Source of the DNA: Planctomycetota bacterium
Lineage (GTDB): Bacteria > Planctomycetota > B15-G4
Assembly (NCBI GenBank): GCA_029245865.1
Contig: JAQWOM010000014.1
Span: forward strand, 2,206-66,205
Length of the DNA stretch: 64,000 nt
Direction of reading: 5' to 3'
The translations under genes and the position numbers were made by a program. The notes beneath the pieces were generated by a model, which saw only the letters and a program-made list of their open reading frames with translations, did no database searches and was not told the DNA's origin. Position 1 is the first letter of the stretch; the number at the start of each line of letters is the position of its first letter. Positions 1 to 8,582 of the stretch are shown here, piece after piece.

Positions 1-870
1 TACGAGGCCGGCCGGCACGGTCCGCCCTTGGAGAGCTCCGTCGGACCACATCCAGGCGACAGAGCCGCTGGCGTAAGGCCGCTCGAGTTCGGCATCTCCG
101 CGCAACCAACCTTCGGACAAGTCCAGGGTCAGAGCGGTGGCATCCAGTGTGTTGATGTGCATCGCCTGGAGATCAGAAACGAGCTTGTTGAGAGCCGCGG
201 CTGCCGTGTTGCGAGCTGTCTCGGAGGCATCCGTCTGCGCCATCCAGGCCAGCGCAGCGGCGGCGCGTGTGTCGCCAAGCGACCCGAGCACCGAGGCAGC
301 GTTGCTTCGCGTCAACTCATCTTCTGCTTGCGTGGTCGCCATGAGCGCCGGAACTGCCGTGTCACCCAGACGGATCAATGCTTGGATGGCCATGACGCGA
401 TTGTCGGGCTGAGCGCGATCACCCAGTGGTCCCACCAACGCGGGCACAGCCCACGCTCCATACGTTGCCTGCAGATCAAGCAACGCAGCGCGACTTTCGT
501 TTGCATCACCTTCAAGGTAAAGGGCCACAACCTCTTCGGCGTTGCCCGGGTCGGAGACCACAACGAGCTGTCCGACCTTCGCGAGCGTAAGGAAGCGCTC
601 GGTGAGTGCACCCAGTTCGCCACTCTCGATGAGCATCTCGAGAAGCACTTGCTGTTCGGCACGCTGCCACAGCGCGAAGGCTGCGTCGTTGCCAGGGTTG
701 GTCGCCAGAGCAGACTTGAGTTGCTCGATCGCAGCGGTGTTGTCACCACGACGATAGGCATCCACACCGGACTCAAAGAGGCTCTCGGTATCCTGCGCTG
801 TCACGGAGGAAGAGAGGAACACGAGAAGGGCTAGGGCAGGCGTGATGCCGCGCGACGCGAGGCGGAGCAT
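1..870 (-). CDS. secreted TPR/HEAT-repeat protein (3' end cut by window edge)
   Basis: Absent from the ORF track because no stop lies inside the window. My translation of the minus strand from ATG 870..868 stays open to base 1 (290 codons): MLRLASRGITPALALLVFLSSSVTAQDTESLFESGVDAYRRGDNTAAIEQLKSAL... This gives a signal peptide, a TPR-like unit, then HEAT/PBS-lyase-like repeats (AVPALVGPLGDRAQPDNRVMAIQALIRLGDTAVPALM, SNAASVLGSLGD). The listed + ORF 28..834 is its shadow. Confidence 0.6.
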   Translation of the reverse strand, partial: MLRLASRGITPALALLVFLSSSVTAQDTESLFESGVDAYRRGDNTAAIEQLKSALATNPGNDAAFALWQRAEQQVLLEMLIESGELGALTERFLTLAKVGQLVVVSDPGNAEEVVALYLEGDANESRAALLDLQATYGAWAVPALVGPLGDRAQPDNRVMAIQALIRLGDTAVPALMATTQAEDELTRSNAASVLGSLGDTRAAAALAWMAQTDASETARNTAAAALNKLVSDLQAMHINTLDATALTLDLSEGWLRGDAELERPYASGSVAWMWSDGALQGRTVPAGLV

Positions 871-969
871 GGGCGGTCTCAAGATGGGGTTTCGGAGTCC
901 GAACCCGCTTTCAGACGGCGATTTGCCGCTTGAATCGGGGCCCGCAGTGTAGGCGGGTCCCTAGATTTA

Positions 970-2982
970 TCAAGGCCGATCGGAGGCGTGACGCGACAAG
1001 ACGGAAGGCTGCACCGCCAGGCCCAGCAAGCCCACCACCCCCACACCAATCCAGAGTCCCGTGTGCTTACCCCCTTCGAGCAGGAGATCGCCAGGAAGAA
1101 GGATGCAGGCCACCACGAAGGCGGTCGCCCCGATCCAGGCAATGATCACCCTCAGGCCCGCAAAACGCCCATGAGACTCCCCTGGGGTCCGCAGCGGCCC
1201 CCAGGCCCCCAGAGGCCGAATACGGTCATAAAATTCCTTCAGGGTGGCTCGGTCCACGGACGGAGTGAGCAAGGTCACCAGAATGGTCAACGGCAGGGCC
1301 ACGGCGATCACGATCAGGAGCGCCCCGGGAAAAACGGGCTGGCCCGCCTCGGTGAGCGGCTCGGGCAGCAGCGCCACGGCCCAATCAGGCCGCAATTCCA
1401 TGGTCCACGTCACCGCGGCTCCCACCACCAAAGCCGTGATCTCTGACCAGGCATTGATGCGCCACCAGAGCCAGCGCAACAGATACACCACGCCGACACC
1501 GCTGAAGAGCGCGGAGAAGACGTCGAACATCCCCCGCACGCTTTCTGCATTCAGTCCGAAGCCCAGGGCGATGAGCAGGACCGCAGGCCCCATGAAGCGA
1601 GCCACGCGAACGTAGTGAGCAGGCGGGGCGTCCGGTTTCACGAAACGCTTGTAGGCATCGTTGACCAGATAAGAGGACGCCAGATTCACATGCGTGTCGA
1701 TGGTCGACATGAAGGCCGCCAAGAAACTGGCAATCATCAAGCCCAAGAGGCCCGCGGGTAGGTAGCGCCGCATCATCTCGGGATACGCCTCCTCGTCATC
1801 GGTGGAGGCCACGACCTGCCCAGCTACCACCTGTGCACCCGAGGTCACCCGAGGCGAAGCAGCCCAGCCCTCAACACCTGTAGAAGGCACCGAAAGATTG
1901 ACGGCTGTGCCGTCGGAAGCCTGGACAAGAATTTCCTGGGCACTCACGGCCGTCACAACGCCATCGGTTGGAGTCGCCACCGACACCGGAGGCAAGACCA
2001 AAAGCGACGCCAACGCCACGATGATCCAAGGCCAAGGTCGCAAGGCGTTGTGCGCCAACGAATACCAGAGCGCGGCTCCCATGGCATGCTTCTCGTTCTT
2101 GCTGGCCAGCAACCTCTGCACCATGACACCGCTTCCATCGGTGTTCTTGGTGGCAAACCAGATCACGCCGATAAACACGGCAAATTGCCAGAATTCCCGA
2201 TTCCAGGTACTTGGATCTGACAACACAACGCCTGTCGTGTCAGGCGCGGCCGAGAGCTTCCCGGCGGCCACGGGAGCGGCCTTCAATGCGTCGACAAGCG
2301 GTCCGATGCCACCGAAATCGTCCACCACCATCCAGGCCAGAACGAGGGCGCCCGCAAGAGCCAGAAGGAACTGAACGAAGTCCGTAATCACCACGCCCCA
2401 CAGACCTGTGATCTCCGAGTAGACCAGGGCCAAGACGCAGCATCCCAACATGATCGCCACTGCAGGTGTGACCTCGAACAACCCGAGCGAAATCGTAGAA
2501 CCGGTTTCTAACTGGAACACGACCTCCATGACTTTCGTCATGCCGAGCATTACCCAGCCCATGACGAAGCAGTGCATGAAGATCACTTGGTAGATGCTCT
2601 TGAAGCCACGGAGCGCCCGCGCAGGTCGCCCCGAGTAGCGCAACTCCATGAACTCGATGTCTGTGAGCACACGAGATCGCTTCCAGAAACGCGAGAACAG
2701 CACGACGACGAGCAAAACGCTCACCACGTACCCCCACCAACGCCAGTTTCCGGCAACCCCTGCATCACGCGTCCAGCCCGTGATGACCAGGGGCGTATCA
2801 CTCGCGAACGACGTGGCCACCATCGAGGTGCCAGCCAACCACCAGGGGAGGTTGCGTCCGGAGAGAAAGAAGTTCTCCATGGAACCGCGGCTGCGCTCGC
2901 GGAACCACAGGCCCGCACCCAACGCGAGAGCCAAGTACACACCGATCACGAGCCAGTCGAGTCCGGCGAGTGTGCCGATCAC
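970..2982 (-). CDS. sodium:solute symporter family (SSF) transporter with a ~70-aa soluble insert
   Basis: 670-aa multi-TM ORF. The N-terminal motif 'FFLSGRNLPWWLAGTSMVATSFASDTPL' is typical of SSF/SLC5 transporters. The GTG start at 2982 overlaps the stop of the upstream secretin gene (GTGA). Confidence 0.85.
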   Translation of the reverse strand: MIGTLAGLDWLVIGVYLALALGAGLWFRERSRGSMENFFLSGRNLPWWLAGTSMVATSFASDTPLVITGWTRDAGVAGNWRWWGYVVSVLLVVVLFSRFWKRSRVLTDIEFMELRYSGRPARALRGFKSIYQVIFMHCFVMGWVMLGMTKVMEVVFQLETGSTISLGLFEVTPAVAIMLGCCVLALVYSEITGLWGVVITDFVQFLLALAGALVLAWMVVDDFGGIGPLVDALKAAPVAAGKLSAAPDTTGVVLSDPSTWNREFWQFAVFIGVIWFATKNTDGSGVMVQRLLASKNEKHAMGAALWYSLAHNALRPWPWIIVALASLLVLPPVSVATPTDGVVTAVSAQEILVQASDGTAVNLSVPSTGVEGWAASPRVTSGAQVVAGQVVASTDDEEAYPEMMRRYLPAGLLGLMIASFLAAFMSTIDTHVNLASSYLVNDAYKRFVKPDAPPAHYVRVARFMGPAVLLIALGFGLNAESVRGMFDVFSALFSGVGVVYLLRWLWWRINAWSEITALVVGAAVTWTMELRPDWAVALLPEPLTEAGQPVFPGALLIVIAVALPLTILVTLLTPSVDRATLKEFYDRIRPLGAWGPLRTPGESHGRFAGLRVIIAWIGATAFVVACILLPGDLLLEGGKHTGLWIGVGVVGLLGLAVQPSVLSRHASDRP

Positions 2983-4475
2983 AGGCCGAGTGGGTTCCGC
3001 AGGGTCTCACTCGGAATCTTGATGACCGGAGTGACCATCATGAGAATCTCTGTGTTCTTCTTCCTGGTGCTGCGGCTTTTGAACAACCAGCCAATGATCG
3101 GAATGTCGCCGAACAGCGGAACTTTCGTGATGGTCTCGATCTGCGTGGACTGGCGAAGCCCTCCCACCACGAGCACCTGACCGCTGTAAACATGCACCGT
3201 GGTGCCCGCTGCGCGCTGACTGATGATAGGTGACTCGACTTCGACGCCGCTGATGACAAAAGGGACCGAGCCCGTCTGAGCCGAGACATCAATCGAGACA
3301 TCGAGTCGCACCAGGTTTTCGCTCAGAATGAACGGAACCATATCGATGGTCACACCTGTCGGCTCGAAGCTTGTCGAGACATTGGGTTGATTGGCATTGC
3401 CGCTCGCAGTGAACACCGGCACTTTGTCGCCGGTCGTGAGTGCAGCCCTATGCCCATTCAAAACAGTCACGGTGGGCGAGCTGATCAACTCTCCTGCACC
3501 GATTGTTTGCAGCAAGCTGATGACACCGTCCACGCGAAGATTGTTGTGCACACCCTGCAAACTGAGCAAAAACCCGTTAAGGGTGACCGAGCTCGCAAAG
3601 CTGTTGAAGCCGGCTCCGATTCCGGAGGGTTCCGTGGGATCCAAAATCGGAACGCCAGCGCCGAAATTTCCTGAAGGCGGATTTGTGACCGCGTTGTACG
3701 GGAGGTCCGGGTCGGTGAGGGAGCGCCCAACCACCTTGGCATCCCAATCAACCAGGTCATCAAGGTTCACTTCGACAACACGCACCTGAAGTTCGACCTG
3801 TGGCAGGTCAGCAAGGAGCTTGTGCAGCAGTTCCGTGATAAAGAGCAACGTGTCCGGCGGCGCAGTGATATGCAGCACGTCTGCAATACTCGGCTCTCCC
3901 AGAGGCTTACGAAGCCCGAAGCTTTCTTGAACCTCATCCTGAATAAAACCGGCATGAAGCACATAGCGGATGGACTGCGTCGGCGGAAGCAGAGGGTCGT
4001 TCGGAACTCCAGGCTCTGTGGGGAAATCGGGCACATAGGCCCTCAGGAGTTCGATCACTTGCTCCCCACGTCCTGCATGGAGCATGAACATCTTGGTCCA
4101 ACTGCCATCCACGCCGCGGATGACATTCGGCCCCAGTCGATGGAAAGGAGAGGGCGGCTGATCCGCGAGGAAGTCGGGATCGAGATCCGCCGGGCTCGCC
4201 GGAACCGTCAGCAGCCCCAGCAAATCATCCGGATTGTCCACGGCAATGGGGTCAGGGACATCCTGAAGGCCTGCGAGAGGTGCATTCGAACCGAGAGTGA
4301 CCGGAATGGGATCCCCGACCAGTTCCCACCGATCCGGCTGCGACTTCAATTCCTCGGTTACGCAGGCTGGAAGGGTCAGCGACATGACAGCCGCGAAGCA
4401 GACACAACAACCGCGCACGAGCCTTAAAGCTGGGGCCATTCCGAGTTCGCGTGCTGCCCCAGCCATATCTGTCAT
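2979..4475 (-). CDS. secretin (GspD/PilQ/CpaC superfamily) outer-membrane channel, lipoprotein-type signal
   Basis: The C-terminal secretin signature is present: 'KVPLFGDIPIIGWLFKSRSTRKKNTEILMMVTPVIK'. The listed ORF extends to 4667, but ATG 4475 overlaps the upstream stop (ATGA) and gives MTDMAGAARELGMAPALRLVRGCCVCFAAVMSLTLPAC, a signal peptide with a lipobox-like Cys. Confidence 0.8.
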   Translation of the reverse strand: MTDMAGAARELGMAPALRLVRGCCVCFAAVMSLTLPACVTEELKSQPDRWELVGDPIPVTLGSNAPLAGLQDVPDPIAVDNPDDLLGLLTVPASPADLDPDFLADQPPSPFHRLGPNVIRGVDGSWTKMFMLHAGRGEQVIELLRAYVPDFPTEPGVPNDPLLPPTQSIRYVLHAGFIQDEVQESFGLRKPLGEPSIADVLHITAPPDTLLFITELLHKLLADLPQVELQVRVVEVNLDDLVDWDAKVVGRSLTDPDLPYNAVTNPPSGNFGAGVPILDPTEPSGIGAGFNSFASSVTLNGFLLSLQGVHNNLRVDGVISLLQTIGAGELISSPTVTVLNGHRAALTTGDKVPVFTASGNANQPNVSTSFEPTGVTIDMVPFILSENLVRLDVSIDVSAQTGSVPFVISGVEVESPIISQRAAGTTVHVYSGQVLVVGGLRQSTQIETITKVPLFGDIPIIGWLFKSRSTRKKNTEILMMVTPVIKIPSETLRNPLGL

Positions 4476-5230
4476 CCCGAAAGAGCCTGAATCACAGCAC
4501 GTGTGACATCCGGGACGGTTCCAAGCCGCGACGTGACATTCCCTTTCTCTGCGATCCCATCCAATCCCTGATCGCGAGCGACCTTCTTGACAGCCTTGCC
4601 AAACTGGTCGAGATAGCTCTTCTGAAGCAGATGGTATTGCGCGTCGTTCTCGCTCAGCGCTTTCCACTCAAGGTAGGCGGGGATTGATTCGAGTACGGCT
4701 TGCGAATCGAGTTCACCGACGCTTTGCATCCCACGCAGATTTTTCCCGTGGATCAGGTCCCCCTCCATGGAGAACAGCGGCAACTGATCGATGACTTCTC
4801 GTGTGTGGTCGGACACCTCGCCGTCGGAGGAGACGCCACCTGGAACTGTGATCACGTCAATTCCATGCCGACGAGCAATGGCCGCGAGCGCCTTGTTCGT
4901 GCTGGCGCGAGCTTCTTCGAACAGACCTTTGCCGCGCCCCCTCGTCTCTGACAAACCAAGCTGCTTGAGACGCACGTAGGCCGGGTTGTTGCTGTAGACC
5001 TCGACAATATCGACCGTCGCCGCCGTCTTGGCAGCGTTCGCAGTGCCGTAAAGCACCTGTCCGGTGACTTCGAGATCTTGCGCAACGGCAGACGCAGGAT
5101 AGGGATCGGGTGACTGGTACGGAGCCGGCGCCGAAAAGGGAGCGGCATCCGCACTGGCGAACAGAAGTCCGACCAGTCCCACGGATCGAATGAATAGAAA
5201 CTGTGCCCTGAACCGATTCATGTTCTTCAT
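4472..5230 (-). CDS. periplasmic Skp/OmpH-like chaperone, internally duplicated (putative)
   Basis: The internal start MKNMNRFRAQFLFIRSVGLVGLLFASADA gives a signal peptide. There are two copies of the Skp C-terminal-like motif: 'NKALAAIARRHGIDVITVPGG...SDHTREVIDQL' and 'GKAVKKVARDQGLDGIAEKGN...PDVTRAVIQAL'. Confidence 0.5.
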   Translation of the reverse strand: MKNMNRFRAQFLFIRSVGLVGLLFASADAAPFSAPAPYQSPDPYPASAVAQDLEVTGQVLYGTANAAKTAATVDIVEVYSNNPAYVRLKQLGLSETRGRGKGLFEEARASTNKALAAIARRHGIDVITVPGGVSSDGEVSDHTREVIDQLPLFSMEGDLIHGKNLRGMQSVGELDSQAVLESIPAYLEWKALSENDAQYHLLQKSYLDQFGKAVKKVARDQGLDGIAEKGNVTSRLGTVPDVTRAVIQALSG

Positions 5231-5438
5231 TAGGTCCCTCCTCGGAAACGGCTGGATCCGAACCGGGAGGCGCTGCGACCTGAAGAGTACACACCTGAAA
5301 GGCCCTAAAGCAGTAAAACCTGACAACACATGACACGCGACCTCGCCCTGAGCGAGGTCGGCATGTGCTCACGTTTCTTTAGTGAAATCCCGTCGGCCAG
5401 CAATTCGCCGACGAACTTCAGGAAACGGAGCGAGATCA

Positions 5439-5477
5439 GAGCCCCGGCACGTCGGGCAAACCCGCGCACCGGGGCTC
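5439..5477 (-). terminator. stem-loop immediately 3' of pnp (terminator or 3'-end stabiliser)
   Basis: Perfect 9-bp inverted repeat, gagccccgg (5439-5447) and ccggggctc (5469-5477), located 11 nt after the pnp stop. The trailing sequence is not U-rich, so it is not a canonical intrinsic terminator. Confidence 0.4.
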
Positions 5478-5487
5478 CAGGTGTCGA

Positions 5488-7947
5488 TCAGCTACCGACT
5501 GTCTCGGTGTCTTCAGTCTTCGCAGCCCGCATCGACAACTTGATGCGGCCCTGGTCATCGATCTGCAGCACTTTGACGGTGACCTTGTCGCCCATGGCAT
5601 AGGTGTCGAAGGGCTCCTTGATGTCGTTGGGGAGCATCTCCGAGATGTGGCACAGACCGTCTCGACCGGGCTGAACCTCGACGAAAACGCCGTAGGACTT
5701 CATGCCGGTGATCGAGCCTTCGTACACAGCATCGACATCGACCTGTGCTTCGGGCTTTTTCTCACGACGTCCGCCGCCGCTGCGGCCACCGCGATCTCCG
5801 CCACGGTCTCCGCCGCGACCACCGCCGCCTCCGCCGCCGCCTTCCTGAACCTCGGCATCCTTATGGCCCAGGCGCACGCGACCGAAATCGTCGATGTTGG
5901 TGCACTTCACTTCGATCTCTTGGCCGACGCTCAGAACGTCGTTCACGTTCTTCACGAACTGGTCGCCTTCGCCCATCTCGCTGATGTGCAGCAGGCCTTC
6001 CTTGCCGGGAAAAATCTCGATGAAGGCGCCGAAGTCTCGAATCGAGACCACCTTGCCCTTGTAGACGGTGCCAACCTCAGCATCGCCCGTGATGGCTTCG
6101 ACGGCTGCGACGGCGCCGTCCATGTCACCCTCAGGCCCCGCTGCGATGTTCACAACGCCATCGTCGTTCACCTCGATCTTGACGCAGTAGTCCGCCTGCA
6201 GAGCGCGAATGATCTTGCCGCCAGGACCGATGAGAGCACCGATCTTCTCGGGGTCGATAGAACGCGTGGTGATCTGCGGAGCCCAACTGCTGATCTTCTC
6301 GCGAGCCGAACTGATCGCCTCGTTCATCTTCCCGAGGATATGCAGTCGGCCTTCCTTTGCCTGCGCAAGAGCGCGACGCAACAGGTCAGCTGACAGACCC
6401 TGAATCTTCACATCCATCTGCAACGCGGTCACTCCCTCGGCGGTTCCGGTGACCTTGAAGTCCATGTCGCCGAAATGATCTTCGCTGCCGAGGATGTCAC
6501 TGAGGATGTAGTGGTCATTCCCGTCCTCGATGAGCCCCATGGCAATTCCTGCCACCGGCGTCCGAAGCGGACAGCCGGCGTCATAGAGCGCCAGAGAACC
6601 ACCGCAAACGGAGGCCATCGACGAGCTGCCGTTGGACTCGAGAATCTCGGAAACCACCCGCACGCTGTACGGGAAATCTTCCGGAGCAGGCATGACCATC
6701 TGAACCGAACGCTCGGCCAGGTTGCCGTGGCCCACCTCGCGGCGAGACGTGCCCGACATGCGGCGCACTTCACCCACGCAGAACGGCGGGAAATTGTAGT
6801 GCAGCATGAATCGCTTGCTGTACTCGTCCATCAACCCGTCGACGATTTGCTCGTCACGACCGGTTCCCAAGGTCACGCTCACGAGTGCCTGCGTCTCTCC
6901 ACGTGTGAAGAGCACAGAGCCGTGCGTACGTGCAAGGACACCGAGTTCGATCTCAATCTGTCGAATCTCATCGAGCGAGCGTCCGTCCGAACGCTTGCCA
7001 TCTTCGATGATCTTCTTCCGAGCGATGCTGCCTTCCAGATCGTGAAAAGCCTCTCCGATCTGCTTCTTCGCGGACATCTGATCGTTTTCAGCAAGCCCTG
7101 CGAGCAACGCGTCGGTTCCATCGTTCGCAACCGCCTTCATCGCCAACTTCTGTTCGAACTTGCCGGGCGTGGCCATGGCCGCCGCATAGGCGTCACGGTG
7201 AGCTTCAACCTTTTCAGTCCAAGGGTTCGCAACGATCTCGGGAACGACCTGCTTCGTCTTGCCAACTTTGGCCATGAGCTCTTCGCTCATCTCGCAGATC
7301 TGCTGAACACCCTCATGCCCGAAGAGGATGGCGCCGGCCATGACCTCCTCGTCAAGTTCGAGTGATCCCGCCTCCACCATCGTGACGGCTTCCTTGGTGC
7401 CGCTCACGACGAGATCCAGGGTGCTCTCCGCAAGCTGCTCCTGGGTGGGGTTGAGGACGTATTCGTTGTTAATCCATCCCACCTTCACGGTGGCACCAGG
7501 CCCCTGATACGGGATGGTGGAGATGCTCAGCGCTGCCATGGCGGCGCAACCGGCCAGGGTGCCCGGCTCGTTCACACGGTCATAGCTGAGAACCTGACAG
7601 ACGATCTGCAACTCGTTGCGGTAGTTCGCGGGGAACATGGGGCGCACGGGACGATCGATGGAACGCGCGATCAGAATCTCAGGATCCCGTGGGCGCATCT
7701 CTCGCTTGAAGAAGCCGCCAGGCACCTTGCCGGCTGCATAAGTCTTCTCGCGATACTCGACTGTGAGTGGGAAAAAGTCGAGATCGGCGCGACCCTTCGC
7801 GCTCTGTGTGGTGGCCAGCAAAGCTGTCTCGCCGTAAGTGGCGTAGATGGCTCCATCGGCCTGCTTGGCCATGCGGCCTGTTTCAAAAGTAAGAGTCCGG
7901 CCGCCAATCTCACGGCTCACGGATACTGGGTTGTTCAACTTGGTCAT
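5488..7947 (-). CDS. pnp: polynucleotide phosphorylase with an extra RGG-linker and second S1 domain
   Basis: 819 aa. Two RNase PH domains are visible ('FPLTVEYREKTYAAGKVPGGFFKREMRP', 'GETQALVSVTLG', 'SNGSSSMASVCGGSLALYDAGCP'), followed by KH ('IGALIGPGGKIIRAL') and S1 ('GKVVSIRDFGAFIEIFPGKEGLLHISE'). Confidence 0.95.
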   Translation of the reverse strand: MTKLNNPVSVSREIGGRTLTFETGRMAKQADGAIYATYGETALLATTQSAKGRADLDFFPLTVEYREKTYAAGKVPGGFFKREMRPRDPEILIARSIDRPVRPMFPANYRNELQIVCQVLSYDRVNEPGTLAGCAAMAALSISTIPYQGPGATVKVGWINNEYVLNPTQEQLAESTLDLVVSGTKEAVTMVEAGSLELDEEVMAGAILFGHEGVQQICEMSEELMAKVGKTKQVVPEIVANPWTEKVEAHRDAYAAAMATPGKFEQKLAMKAVANDGTDALLAGLAENDQMSAKKQIGEAFHDLEGSIARKKIIEDGKRSDGRSLDEIRQIEIELGVLARTHGSVLFTRGETQALVSVTLGTGRDEQIVDGLMDEYSKRFMLHYNFPPFCVGEVRRMSGTSRREVGHGNLAERSVQMVMPAPEDFPYSVRVVSEILESNGSSSMASVCGGSLALYDAGCPLRTPVAGIAMGLIEDGNDHYILSDILGSEDHFGDMDFKVTGTAEGVTALQMDVKIQGLSADLLRRALAQAKEGRLHILGKMNEAISSAREKISSWAPQITTRSIDPEKIGALIGPGGKIIRALQADYCVKIEVNDDGVVNIAAGPEGDMDGAVAAVEAITGDAEVGTVYKGKVVSIRDFGAFIEIFPGKEGLLHISEMGEGDQFVKNVNDVLSVGQEIEVKCTNIDDFGRVRLGHKDAEVQEGGGGGGGGRGGDRGGDRGGRSGGGRREKKPEAQVDVDAVYEGSITGMKSYGVFVEVQPGRDGLCHISEMLPNDIKEPFDTYAMGDKVTVKVLQIDDQGRIKLSMRAAKTEDTETVGS

Positions 7948-7967
7948 AATCTGCCTATCGCAGGAAA

Positions 7968-8011
7968 GCTGCGGGCTGGGTCACACCCCGAGTGGGCGTG
8001 ACATCCGCAGC
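7968..8011 (-). promoter_or_regulatory. long imperfect stem-loop in the pnp 5' leader
   Basis: The outer arms gctgcgg (7968-7974) and ccgcagc (8005-8011) enclose an inner hairpin, gtcacaccc/gggcgtgac (7980-8002). The structure lies about 20 nt upstream of the pnp ATG (7947). A second hairpin, ccgtcga-acg-tcgacgg, sits at 8029-8045. Confidence 0.45.
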
Positions 8012-8128
8012 GGGATAAAGAGGCCTGGCCGTCGAACGTCGACGGACCTTGGGCCGAAATACAGAACTCGGGCGTCGCCCGAAAACGGGACGCGACATGT
8101 CACGGAAAAAGCCGTCTGGCCCAAAGGC

Positions 8129-8413
8129 TCAGACGTTTGTCCGGACACCGCGAATCTCCAGGCTCTGGAGGATCTTCGCGTAGCCAGTCGCATCTTTGCT
8201 GCGGAGATACCGCAGGAGCCGGTTGCGACGCCCCACGAGCGTCAACAGCCCGCGTCGTGTGTGATTGTCCTTCTTGTGAATCTTCAGGTGCTCTGTGAGC
8301 CCCCGGATCCGAGAGGTGAGGACGGCAATCTGGACCTCTGTGGAGCCACAGTCCCGTTCGTGGGTCTGGTACTCCTGGATCACATCGGCCTTTCCGGCCA
8401 TTTTCGTGGTCAT
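8129..8413 (-). CDS. rpsO: 30S ribosomal protein S15
   Basis: '[48 protein letters not shown]' is the S15 signature. The internal start (ATG 8413 or 8401) gives 90-94 aa. The gene sits upstream of pnp, the classical arrangement. Confidence 0.9.
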   Translation of the reverse strand: MTTKMAGKADVIQEYQTHERDCGSTEVQIAVLTSRIRGLTEHLKIHKKDNHTRRGLLTLVGRRNRLLRYLRSKDATGYAKILQSLEIRGVRTNV

Positions 8414-8582
8414 GCTGATTTGCTCTTCGCTTCTACGCTTTTCTGGAGACCGCCGAGAAACAGTGTTCCACCAACGAAGGTTGGTCACCGTCGACAGCCT
8501 GAATTTTTCTTACGTCTGACAATTCGTGGCAGATCCTATCAGCAGCCCCGGACAGGGCGCAACGGGGCATTCCCCTCAGGAC

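Noticed and set aside
28-834. 268-aa + strand ORF, together with the 137-412 and 375-776 ORFs, at the left edge.
   Set aside because: The translation is compositionally implausible (Arg/Gly/Cys-rich with no motifs). The minus strand, in the frame starting at 870, gives a clean signal peptide plus TPR/HEAT-repeat protein that stays open to base 1. These ORFs are shadows of that gene.
935-958. Imperfect hairpin gggcccgc...gcgggtccc after the symporter stop, considered as a terminator.
   Set aside because: The stem has a mismatch and is not followed by a U-tract on the minus strand. The evidence is too weak to call.
5767-5841. GGN/CGN-rich tandem-looking repeat (ccgccgcc...) that might be a microsatellite or array.
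   Set aside because: It is in frame within pnp and encodes the Gly/Arg (RGG) linker. It has no spacer-repeat periodicity, so it is not CRISPR-like.
5647-7365. Long + strand ORFs (248 aa and 296 aa) inside pnp.
   Set aside because: They lie antisense to an unambiguous PNPase gene. They are high-GC third-position artefacts.
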